Source of the DNA: Marsupella aquatica
Lineage: Eukaryota > Plantae > Marchantiophyta
Reading direction: 5' to 3'
DNA length: 64,000 nt
NCBI GenBank assembly: GCA_973895155.1
Contig: OZ316899.1
Coordinates: forward strand, 11,275,675 to 11,339,674
Shown: piece after piece, positions 24,613-34,700 of the stretch
Numbering within the stretch: the stretch's first letter is position 1
Layout: each line of letters begins with the position of its first letter
The notes under the pieces: generated by a model
What the model was told of the DNA's origin: nothing
The model's database searches: none
The model's input: only the letters and a program-made list of their open reading frames with translations
Translations under genes and position numbers: made by a program

Positions 24613-26463
24613 CTATTTAGCAGTAGATTGAGCAGTCCCTTCCTGCTCAACAATCTGTCCAGCCGCCAATCCTGTCATAGGTCCATGGACTGTCTGCTCG
24701 CCCCCAGCTATGGTCAATACTGTCTCAGTGGACCGCAAGCTCACCAAGGGACAATCAGTAATTCCAGCAGAGCGCATCCGCAACTGTTCAACTACTCCCA
24801 AGCTAATAATCCAAGTCAAACAATTCAAATCCATTGCTTGACCAAGAACCTGGCGCCGCAAACCCTCTGACACAGAGGCAACTGCAGTGGTGCCAGTCAA
24901 AAATCCCATAGCACGCTCTCTCTCATCAGCAGTAGGCTCCACTAACTGCTGGAGAGCTGTGTCCCATACAAGTCCAGGGCCACCTGCTCTGAATGCATAT
25001 GAAGCAGAGTGGCTGACAAGAGTGGGTAATGCACAACGTGGGCACCCAACTGCATTGACCATTGCCAATGGAGGTCTATCAGGTTGGGTCACACCCTGTG
25101 CACGACGCCCTGGATCCAAAATATTATCCACCACTAAGGCTGGTGAGCGTGGAATGCTGTCAAATGCACGCTTCAGCACCTCACATGGGATCAAATTAGT
25201 CCACCACAAGCGTGGACGATGTGCACGAGAACCCACACGTGCAGCATCCAATAACACAGCAGGTCCAATCCAAGACCTCACCTGGTGAACACAGGCAACA
25301 ATCCGACTACGATCATCACCTAACAATGACACATTCTCCAAAATGTATGCTGGAGACTGTGTCTGATGTAGCTGGAGGTGACGCAGCACCCGTAACATCT
25401 CCCAAAACAATGCAGAGCGTGGATCATGAAGTCCATGCCCAATGCCAGCTCTAGATTGGCCCTGACATGGCCAACCAGCAATCACCAAATCAATGGGGCC
25501 AACACGATGTAGATGATCCGCCCCCAACAATGAAATATCAGTAGGTAGTGCATGCTGATAACCACGAACAGCATCCACTGGCAGCAACTGTGGATATCTA
25601 TCCACCAACATAGCCACATGTCGCAATGAGACCCTCCGTGTTGTCTCATCTGTCTCCACATACAAATAACGACGCACAAGAATTCCTGCCTGAAGAACAG
25701 CAGCCAATCCAGTGCTAATCCCACCAAAAAGATCCAACAAACAAATACCCTCCGGTGGATACTGCCAAGCAATAGGAGTGGTATCCAATGGTGAAAGAGT
25801 CACAGGTCCATCTGCAAGAGACTGCTCTGCTCCTGACTGTGGTGTAAAAGCATGACGCCATGCATCATGTACCAATCGTGCTGCTACCTGTGGCAAGGCT
25901 TGTGCAGTGCCCCACACTGGTGGCACAACACTGCCAACAGGTAATCCTCGCATGATGTGCTCCTCATGAGACTCCTCCAATGGTGGAACATCGGCTGCAT
26001 GCGCATTACCCTCAATCAAATCATCAGGTCCAGCAATTACACCACTGAATGCTGCCAAAGACAATGGTGTGGATTTAGGGCCTCCCATAGGTCCACTAAA
26101 TCTCACTGGCAATTTGCTCAATCGAGCATCTCCTGACTGCCAATCAGGTCTATATGACACTGATTCCTCCCAAAAATCAAGAATAAATCCCATGGGGTAG
26201 AGCACTGTACATCCCACCAACACATCATATGACTCTGCCTTAGTCAGAATAGCTCGCGCCTGTATCTGTGAGCTATCTGTGGTATGACCTTCCTGAATCC
26301 TCAAATCAAGTGGTCTCCTGGTGATATGCTGTGTAGGTGTAGGTCCCCCCAATGAAGTCTGAATGGGAAAGGGACAATCCTCCAAATCCTCTGGACGCAA
26401 TCCCAATCCACGTATGGCAGACTTCCCCAACATCAAGGGCTGAGCACCAGTATCCAGTAACAC
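24613..26463 (-). CDS. Protease fused to DNMT3-like methyltransferase, copy 2
   Basis: A single open frame runs from LLDTGAQ through all DNMT motifs (FGGIS, PCQ, ENV, RPR, ERAMGF, LGQAM). Confidence 0.92.
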   Translation of the reverse strand: MLLDTGAQPLMLGKSAIRGLGLRPEDLEDCPFPIQTSLGGPTPTQHITRRPLDLRIQEGHTTDSSQIQARAILTKAESYDVLVGCTVLYPMGFILDFWEESVSYRPDWQSGDARLSKLPVRFSGPMGGPKSTPLSLAAFSGVIAGPDDLIEGNAHAADVPPLEESHEEHIMRGLPVGSVVPPVWGTAQALPQVAARLVHDAWRHAFTPQSGAEQSLADGPVTLSPLDTTPIAWQYPPEGICLLDLFGGISTGLAAVLQAGILVRRYLYVETDETTRRVSLRHVAMLVDRYPQLLPVDAVRGYQHALPTDISLLGADHLHRVGPIDLVIAGWPCQGQSRAGIGHGLHDPRSALFWEMLRVLRHLQLHQTQSPAYILENVSLLGDDRSRIVACVHQVRSWIGPAVLLDAARVGSRAHRPRLWWTNLIPCEVLKRAFDSIPRSPALVVDNILDPGRRAQGVTQPDRPPLAMVNAVGCPRCALPTLVSHSASYAFRAGGPGLVWDTALQQLVEPTADERERAMGFLTGTTAVASVSEGLRRQVLGQAMDLNCLTWIISLGVVEQLRMRSAGITDCPLVSLRSTETVLTIAGGEQTVHGPMTGLAAGQIVEQEGTAQSTAK

Positions 26464-26502
26464 TCTCTCTGGCTGGTATACTGCTCCAGAAGGCCCAACT
26501 AA

Positions 26503-28599
26503 TCAGAAGATACCACTCCGATTATCCAATGACACAACACTAGGTTTAAACCTAGTCCTCTCAAATGCAGGGCGTGCTGGTAAATCCACCAACCTCGTTG
26601 TTGCTGCATGCCATGTCTCACTAGTAGCAGTAGGTGGCATGGTCTTCACTACATCAACACTGCAAGTTGCTTCTGCATGGGAAGCAACCACTGGAGTGTC
26701 CTCACAGAGTGTAGCTGCCAATCTGAACACTTCTGCAGGACCAACTCCCAAGTTCAGCATGTCTGTCGCTGAAAATAATGGGGTGCGTACTATGGCAATA
26801 GCCGCCCCCAGCAAGGTACCTGTCATCCCTACTGCATCACTACCTGATTCTGCCAACTTACCCACATCAGGGTTTGTCCGAACCGGGTTCATAGAGGCAG
26901 TCTGAACTGTCTCTGACAATGTAAAAGACTGAGGAAGCTTTGTTTGCCGACGTGCATCCCCCCTTTGTGGATCTAACTCCACTACTGCTCCTCGGGGCTC
27001 AAGAACTTTGGCTGCCCCACGTGTCAAAGCTGCTGATGCATCAATATGTGCAGTGCCACACATGAATCCCATGGTGGCAAGGTCTCCATCAGCTCCATAA
27101 GATGTGGAAGGACCATGGGATGTGGAAGGTCCATAGGATGTAGATGCCCCATCACCAGAATTAGGTCTCACCTGGGAACTAGCCATGGCAGCTAGTTGTT
27201 GCTCCAATTGAGCAATCTTAGCATCCTTTGGATCTATGGTTACAGCAGGGGCAGCGTCACCTCCCTGTCTCCCTGCATGTGGCATGCCACGACCACGTCC
27301 ACCACCTCTACCTCCTCCTCTTCCCTGATCATGTGTACGGGATCCTCCTCTCCGTAACTCAGAGTGGAGTGAGAAACACCTATCCTTGGTGTGTCCAGGA
27401 GCTCCACAGTGATCACACTGTCGCTGATCAGGCGCTGATGCTCCCCCTGATCCTCTATGATCTGGACAATATCTCTGTGCATGATCCCCACCACAGGTCC
27501 AACATCCTGAATGCTGTCCAGCATAAGAGGGCACAGGTCTCTGGCTGGTAGACTCTCGTGCAATAGGCTTCTCCCTCTGGCTCTTCCGTGCAGTAGGCTG
27601 TGGTGTGGATGTAGATGCAGCCTTTGGTGCTTCCTTGGAAAATCCGGAAGGCACCACCTTCTCATTCACCATATTGAGCTCAATGCACTCAGAAAGGGTG
27701 AAAACAACTGCTAATGTGGGATCTGCATCCCTAAGCAGAGTGACATCTCTCACTCTGCGTCGCAATTCTCTGTCCAGAATTGCATACCAAAACTGGACTG
27801 CCTGAGCCTCTGTCACTCCCTTGGTGACAGTGATCAATCTGCGCATACGTGTGTATGCCTCACGTAGGCTTTCTCCAGTCTTGCGTTGGAACTCCTGAAG
27901 ACCCTTCAACTTATCAGTTCTCACACCCTGATAGTTCTGCTTCAGTACCTCAAAGAATTCCACCACAGGATTAAATGCTGGCGCAACTCTAGTTCCTGTC
28001 ACAATCACACCGGCAGGAGTAGTGGTGGATGCTGCTGGAGTGCTGCTGATGGATGGTGTGCCACTCTGGCTAGTGCTGCTAGAAGAAGCAGCAGTTGTGG
28101 CAATGGGTTGGGTAGCCGCACTAGTGCCATAGGTGATGGACACGTAATTAGGCGACCAATGCTGCCTCCATGCCTCAATCTCAACCAAATGAGCCTTCCG
28201 AAACTCATGGTAGTCATCCATGGGTGGCCCCTCCAAATGCTGGAATAATCCCTTCCATGTCATGAAAGGGGTAAACAACGTGACATTACGCAATGTCTGC
28301 ATATCGCACCACGTATCAAACTCCTGGATGAAGTCATCCAGATCAATTGTGCCAACTGCACCAGAGTATCGTCGTGGGCCCTTTGTAGCCCCGTACATCT
28401 CGTCCATATCCCACAACAAAGGTGCAACCACCTGATGATGAGGAGAACTGGTCACTGAGTCCTCATCAGAATCACTGTCTGAAGCTGCACTGCTGACTGC
28501 TACCAATGCCGCTGGCCGAAACTGTGCCCCACTCCGAGTGAAACCGGTCCGTCGTCCATCGGGTAATCCAGCAGCACCAGAAGAATCCGTGGTGACCAA
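26503..28599 (-). CDS. gag: gag, copy 2 (in frame with PR-DNMT; premature CGA>TGA at 26503)
   Basis: Two zinc knuckles (CWTCGGDHAQRYC, CDHCGAPGHTKDRC) and an RGG tract; copy 1 has CGA at the stop position. The true start codon is uncertain. Confidence 0.88.
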   Translation of the reverse strand: MVTTDSSGAAGLPDGRRTGFTRSGAQFRPAALVAVSSAASDSDSDEDSVTSSPHHQVVAPLLWDMDEMYGATKGPRRYSGAVGTIDLDDFIQEFDTWCDMQTLRNVTLFTPFMTWKGLFQHLEGPPMDDYHEFRKAHLVEIEAWRQHWSPNYVSITYGTSAATQPIATTAASSSSTSQSGTPSISSTPAASTTTPAGVIVTGTRVAPAFNPVVEFFEVLKQNYQGVRTDKLKGLQEFQRKTGESLREAYTRMRRLITVTKGVTEAQAVQFWYAILDRELRRRVRDVTLLRDADPTLAVVFTLSECIELNMVNEKVVPSGFSKEAPKAASTSTPQPTARKSQREKPIARESTSQRPVPSYAGQHSGCWTCGGDHAQRYCPDHRGSGGASAPDQRQCDHCGAPGHTKDRCFSLHSELRRGGSRTHDQGRGGGRGGGRGRGMPHAGRQGGDAAPAVTIDPKDAKIAQLEQQLAAMASSQVRPNSGDGASTSYGPSTSHGPSTSYGADGDLATMGFMCGTAHIDASAALTRGAAKVLEPRGAVVELDPQRGDARRQTKLPQSFTLSETVQTASMNPVRTNPDVGKLAESGSDAVGMTGTLLGAAIAIVRTPLFSATDMLNLGVGPAEVFRLAATLCEDTPVVASHAEATCSVDVVKTMPPTATSETWHAATTRLVDLPARPAFERTRFKPSVVSLDNRSGIF

Positions 28600-29239
28600 C
28601 CCTAACCTAATCTATGTGCTAACCCTAAGGGCAATCTATCCCTATCAGCACCACAAGCACTCACCATGGTGTGTTGGGCATCACTCCAACATCACCAAGA
28701 GAGAAATACACAGCACACTAGAATGTCCAGTTGCAAACCCGGATCACTCCTATGGAATCAAGCGCCCACACGAAACTAACATGGCGCATAAACAGGAAAC
28801 ATGTGTGAAGAGGATCCAGAAACAAGAATGGATACCATTCAACTCTCCACACAAAAGCAAATGCAAATCAATATGACAATGTGCATAAGGTTCAAGGAAG
28901 AGCCTTCATAATAGGCTTCACAATGGCACTCCAATGTTGTAGATGAGAACCAAGGCAAAATTGGTTCAATCTGTGAGTCTAGATGGACTCATAAGTATCA
29001 AAAACCCTCGAATAGCCTCTGATTTGGCCTAGAATAGGCCTCTAAACAAACCGGGAAGTGTATAAAGCCCCCTGGCTCTTGAATCTAAACAACAAGTTGT
29101 CAAAGCTTGTGTGTACACAAGGTGGGATGAGAACTTGCCAGTTAAGTGCTCGCGGCTGGGAATAGCCCCGGGATGGGTGACCTCCTCGCGCTCGACCTTG
29201 TGCCTCCCCTCGCGCTCACGGCCCGGAATAGCCCCGGGA

Positions 29240-29410
29240 TGGGTGACTTCGCGCTCGCGGTTGGGAGCACTTTTGGGATGGGTGACTTCGCGCTCGCGGT
29301 TGGGAGCACTTTTGGGATGGGTGACTTCGCGCTCGCGGTTGGGAGCACTTTCGGGATGGGTGACCTCACGCGTCGCCTCGCGCGAGCACTTTCGGGATGG
29401 GTGACCTCGT
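29240..29410. repeat. 39-bp CpG-rich tandem repeat in the copy 2 leader
   Basis: GGGTGACTTCGCGCTCGCGGTTGGGAGCACTTTTGGGAT x3 plus variants; fewer units in copy 1 (1927-2095). Confidence 0.85.
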
Positions 29411-30004
29411 GCGCCTCACACCTGTTCCCAAAAATGACTACTTCCTTCACGAAAAGCTCCCGAAAACTGTCGATTTCCTTCATGAAAAACGCAGCCCTTC
29501 CACAGAATTGGCAGCAACTTGATTCAACACCCTTGACCCTCGTTTCTTTCACTGAAACGATGATACCGTCGCACGGGGCATTGGCAGCTCCGTTCCTTCA
29601 GGAAAAGAGCCGTCGCTTCACCTGCGCCTTGCCAACATCGTCCAACAATAGCCGGCAATCAGATCTGAAGCCCCACAGTAGCCGACAATCAGATCTGAAG
29701 CCTCACAGTAGCCGGCAATCGGATCTGAAGCCTCACGGATCGACTTCCACTGTCCAACATCTACTCAACATTCGCTTTCCTCCACGAATCATCAATCGAC
29801 CTCCAACTCAAAACCTGTCACCAATCACAGATCTGTACATCGATCGGGAAGCAGGCCGATCGGACAACAACGATACAGGTCAAGATACCAACAATCTGTT
29901 CGATAACAACACATGATCCGAGCTACCACGAACCGTCGACAACTCAATCAATCGAACTTCTGTCCGCACAGTCCGTACAGCAGATTTTGAATGTGATCTT
30001 TCAA

Positions 30005-30336
30005 TGTAATCTCCATACAATCGGCACAACGATCTCGGTCAACAATACCCCATTGATCCCGCACCGATCCGATCATACACGTATGTCAAGCCAACGCACC
30101 TTGCACTACTCAAGGAATCCACGTTACACAAGCGGAGCTCACAGCCACCATAGCCACACTCAAGCTCCTCTCTCTCCAAGGCTCAACATTGAAAGATGAC
30201 CTTTCAATGCCTCACAAGTGAGAAGTACCCTCTCACACAAACCTGACAGAACCTTATCGGCTCCAATAGCACTCATACCAAGCATACATACTCTAATAGC
30301 ACGATATACTACTACACTACTCAGAATGGTGTGACA
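30005..30336 (-). repeat. Terminal segment A1 of copy 2
   Basis: 332 bp, TGTCAC...GATTACA on the minus strand. Confidence 0.9.
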
Positions 30337-30572
30337 AAGTTGAATGGTGGCGCCCTCTTAATTGCAAGAGTTTGGCAACCGAATCAGAAAGATATCGGGA
30401 CTGCTTTAATTCAAAGCAAATGTGGGAAAGGGATCCCAATTACCTCATTCCCCCAGTCACGAATGATTGGATCCTAGCAACTTCAACCATCACCGGATGG
30501 ACATCAAAAGCAAAAGCAAAGGTAAAAGTTCCAACAAGAGTTTTGGAAAGTCTGAAGGTTTACATTACATAA
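30337..30572 (+). pseudogene. Sola-like transposase, 3' part resumed after the insertion
   Basis: The frame continues VEWWRPLNCKSLATESERY… to a stop at 30572. Confidence 0.75.
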
Positions 30573-30639
30573 ACGATTGAGGAGAACTAAAATCCTTTCT
30601 CAACGCGAGACTCACGTGGAAGACACTTGGTGATGCCCG

Positions 30640-31370
30640 ACACGTCCTAATTGTCGGGTTCAGGATTGTGGGAGAACAATAGGCAAGGTTGGAGCTGGTT
30701 TGTTCCAGTCACTTTCTGCACGAGGCTTGTGTAGGCCGGATTACTTAGCTCGAGGATCATTTTTCAGAAAGTGAAAGGTGTGTACTTGTACTCAATGTCA
30801 TATTCACTGCAATGGCGCGCATGTCAACCTTTGGCTCATGTCTGTTGTGGCCACAATGATGGTTTGGTGCTGGATCACGAGATTTGGGTGGGATGAGCTC
30901 AATTTCCTCCGTTATTGAGGTTAAATTGACAGGTGCTTTTGTATCATAATTGTGCTACACGTGGCTTGCGTAGGATGTCATAATCAACTTATGACTTGAA
31001 AATCCCGGATATCATCATAGACACCATATTCACATGACATGTACTAATTGTCGGGTTGAAGACTGTGGGAGAACAATAAGCGAGGTTGGAGTTGGTTGGT
31101 TCCAATCACTTTCCGCATGAGGCTCGTGTAGGCCTGACTACTCAGCTCTAGGATCATTATGACCTTCGGAAAGTGAAAGGTGTGTACTTGTACTGAATGT
31201 CACTTTCATTGCAATGGCGCGCATGTCGACCTATGGCTCGGGTCCGTTGTGGCCACAATGATGGTGTGGTGCCGGGTCACGGGTTTTAGTATCATAATTG
31301 TGCCATACATGGCTCGCGTAGGATGTCATAATGAACTTATGACTTGCAAATCCCGGATCTCATCACACAC
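30640..31370. repeat. Diverged direct duplication, ~400-bp period
   Basis: CTAATTGTCGGGTT…GTGGGAGAACAATA… starts near both 30647 and 31044, and the two copies run colinearly. Confidence 0.8.
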
Positions 31371-32817
31371 CTTTATTCGAGAGGCTTGTTTCTCTCCTTC
31401 AAGTTATGCTTTGTGATGAACTTCTGGCTCAGTCTCCAACATCTCTCTCCTTTTGATCAAATCTTCCTTTTCCAAATTGAGCGTTTGACAACCATTTTGG
31501 ATCGTGGTGATTTTCCTTAACTTTCATAATGGCACCTGGGAGACGATTGAGGAGTTCTTCGGCATTACATATGGAGAAGAGTTCTAGAGCATTACACGCG
31601 AGATTACAGGCAGAGAATGTGAATGAGGAGCGGTCCAACTTCTCTGTGTGCTCGGAGCCATCCGATAGTTTCGACTCTGGAGTTGCTGTAAGAACAGAAA
31701 CCATTCCTCCTCTTGGCAACCAAACTGTGGTTATTCATGACAATACAAACGACCAGGCACCTGTTGCAGATGAGGTGGAGGAGGAAGAGAAAGAGAAAGA
31801 GAAGAAGCCGACAAAGGCCGCGGAGGGGCAACAAAAGAGGATCTGTTGGGAGGAATGTTGAAAGATGAGGCGTCGTTGGAAGAGGGAGCATTTGGCTGAG
31901 TATTACGGACCTTTGAAGAAGAAACAAAGCTCCGAGAGAAGTCTGAAGGAATGGGCAAGGGAAGAATTTCTAGATAGCGATAATGCGGACTCCGACAAGT
32001 GGATGCCATCATCCTGGAACGATTGAATGAGGCATTATGGAGTTAGCTCTCGGGAGGTGTTTTGGAGCTGTTTTTTGTGCGGATGCGATCATCGAGTAGG
32101 AATTTGTTAGTTGATCGTGCATTGTGTTTAGGTGTGAACAAAAAGTGCTTGCATTTTCCGCCTTAGTGTTTTCCGCTTGGGAGGCTTGGACGTTTCTGAG
32201 TCTGGGAGGTTGATTTCAGGGATGCCTACGCCGACATCAACCAGAATTTTTGTTAGGCACATATGTTTCCTATGAATATACCAAGCTTATCTTTATGTGT
32301 ACAAATGTGGAATGTTGTTTTGTTATGCAAATTGGATGTTGGTGCTCTTTCATTTGCAATCCCCTTGTTCTTTGCCCTTCTATTTCTGGAGCGACTTGGT
32401 CTTCGACAGAGAGAAGCCTCTTTTCACACGACACTTCTCCCTCTGCGTGTGGGATGGGAGGAGAGAGTATAGAGGAGCCTTTATTCTCCTATTGCGTGTG
32501 TTGGTGGAGGAGAGTGGCTCGCGCTCAATTGCGGATGAACGGCTTGTGCAAAGTCCTCCATCTATCATACTCCTCCCTCACAACAAGACATGTAGAATTC
32601 CTGTATGCATCATTCTAGGCATCGATAAAGCTTGCAAAACTGCTTGCTAAACTATATGCTCCTCTGGACTGTTACACTTGGTCCCACCCACTTTTTATGA
32701 TCATATGTAGTCATCTCCAGTATCTTACTCTTCATTGAAGCTTTGAGTGCACCTTTTGTTCCGTCATGCCGAGGGGAGGTAATCCATCAGTTATCAGTCA
32801 CCCCCCTTTTTTTTCTC

Positions 32818-33330
32818 TAATCTCGGAGACCTCTCCGAGATGGCGACAGTTTTTTTTGGCAATCTCGGAGAGCTCTCCGAGATCCCTACCATTTTTTTGG
32901 CCATCTCGGAGAGGTCTCCGAGATGGCAACAATTGTTTTTGGCAATCTCGGAGAGGCTCTTCGAGATCCCAACACACTTCTAGGAGTATGTTGGAGACAT
33001 GGTAGTTTGTTTGCTCACCATGTCAGAGAGCCTCTCCGACATACCAAGTCACTCCATTGCCATCTCGGAGAGCCTCTCCGAGATACCAAGTCTTTTTGTT
33101 GACCATCTCGGAGAGCCTCTTCGAGATACCAAGTCACTTTGCAAACCATCTCGGAGAGCCTCTCCGAGATACCAAGTCTTTTTGTTGACCATCTCGGAGA
33201 GCCTCTCCGAGATACCAAGTCACTTTGCAAACCATCTCGGAGAGCCTCTCCGAGATACCAAGTCACTTTGCAGACCATCATCGACTTTCCCATTCCATTT
33301 CTAAGACCATCTCAAAGAGCCTCTCCGACA
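32818..33330. repeat. Left subterminal palindrome array, ~43-bp period
   Basis: ATCTCGGAGAG(C/G)CTCTCCGAGAT at 33062, 33105, 33148, etc. Confidence 0.92.
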
Positions 33331-33454
33331 TACAAATACAAAAAATTTGCAAGTGATACACATCACATTCACTTTTCATATATATTATAATGTGTACACA
33401 GCAACACTTCATCATTGCTACCTTCTCTAAAGCTAACCCCTGTTGGCCACTACT

Positions 33455-34240
33455 TTATTCTGTTATCTGATATGTGCACAGGTCATAAATAATCTTCTTT
33501 CGCAAGTTTCCTACCTGGCTGCCATCAAAATCCATAGGAGCATCTCGACTTATGCGCTCTGCATAGTTAAGGATAAATACCCCACAATTAACACTATCTT
33601 CTTGTGATGGAAGGCCTGACACTAAAGTTCTAGGCCAGTTGTTTGCATCTGGTGAGGGCATGCCTCTTTGACTTGCTTCATCCTCGACATACCTTGTTAG
33701 AGTATACATGAGATACTCATTTCGAGCCTCCCAAAAGTTTCCTGATTTCTCCCAAAGCGAATCTAGGAACAACACCTCTTTTCCAGTTAAATCAATCACT
33801 GCCAACACCCAATGCTCCCTGTTTGCCTGGTGGATAGGGACCAATATCCTGTCATAATCAAATATGTTTTCTGTTTTGGTCCATCGAGCAACATTGGCAA
33901 AACAATATACGGGCGTTGAGAGCAACGTGTAGAATGCTGTGATGAAAAATGCACACTTTGGATAGCCTCTTGATCTCCCCCTAAACTGCAACAAGGCCAA
34001 GTATGCATCGATGATATCTGAATGTAGCCATTGAGCTCCTGTTCTTCCTTCAGACAAGCATCTCATTGACGCCCTGGTCAACTTGTAATCTACAAAGTTG
34101 AATAGTACTTCCTCGTCTGGGAGCTCTGTGGATAGACATGTGGATACTATGTCGGAAAAGTCTTGAGAGCAGACTACTTCAGCAAATAACCCAGGTATCT
34201 GGGTATTCCCACCACGTGCTGCATAGGATTGAACAGCATG
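33455..34240 (-). CDS. Ulp1/SENP (peptidase C48) SUMO-protease domain
   Basis: WLHSDIIDAY, HWVLAVID, LDSL and QEDSVNCGVF give an intact His-Asp-Cys triad. The frame is open upstream to a TAA at ~34245. Confidence 0.92.
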   Translation of the reverse strand, partial: HAVQSYAARGGNTQIPGLFAEVVCSQDFSDIVSTCLSTELPDEEVLFNFVDYKLTRASMRCLSEGRTGAQWLHSDIIDAYLALLQFRGRSRGYPKCAFFITAFYTLLSTPVYCFANVARWTKTENIFDYDRILVPIHQANREHWVLAVIDLTGKEVLFLDSLWEKSGNFWEARNEYLMYTLTRYVEDEASQRGMPSPDANNWPRTLVSGLPSQEDSVNCGVFILNYAERISRDAPMDFDGSQVGNLRKKIIYDLCTYQITE

Positions 34241-34700
34241 GCATTAGGCATCATCTTCATCTGAGCTATAGGTCACAAAAGAAGGGTGAGCTATCTTATC
34301 ACTATCACTGCTGACACTCTCACTTTCATTGCAGTCTACCTCTACTGCTCTATCATCTACAAATCTTGATTTTCGCCTCTTTGTGTACTTCTCAGCTACA
34401 CCCTTGAGCCGTTTGAAGGGGCGTGAATCAACAATCCCTTCTACGTAAGTTGGAAGGCAAAATCTTTCTGGAGAGAAAGTTTTTGATGCTTCCTCCCATG
34501 CTTCACGGACTTTGTCCTTGTCCGATGTGTGCCATTGTTCGGACTCAATGTTCCTGTAGTGAACTGTCTATTGGTTAAGTAGACAGTTTAAGGTAATACC
34601 ATAATAATGTGGAACTTCACATTTTTATTTATCCTCACCATGGCACAATGTAAATTGCAAACTAACAACAAATGGGTTCTTGGATTCAATGTTTACTCAC

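Larger units (their letters stand above)
20707..30336 (-). mobile_element. Ty3/Gypsy-type DNMT/PHD retrotransposon copy 2; split termini A1...B1-A2-B2
   Basis: TG...CA ends and 4-bp TSD AAGT (20703-20706 and 30337-30340). Removing the element restores the host frame F-Q-V-E-W-W-R-P. Confidence 0.95.

Noticed and set aside
28717-28960. ~245-bp segment present only in the copy 2 leader, considered as an intron lost from copy 1
   Set aside because: There is no GT donor at the boundary; a simple indel is sufficient.
31380-32760. Broken coiled-coil-like ORFs left of the MULE
   Set aside because: Multiple stops and no recognisable domain; probably decayed TE sequence.
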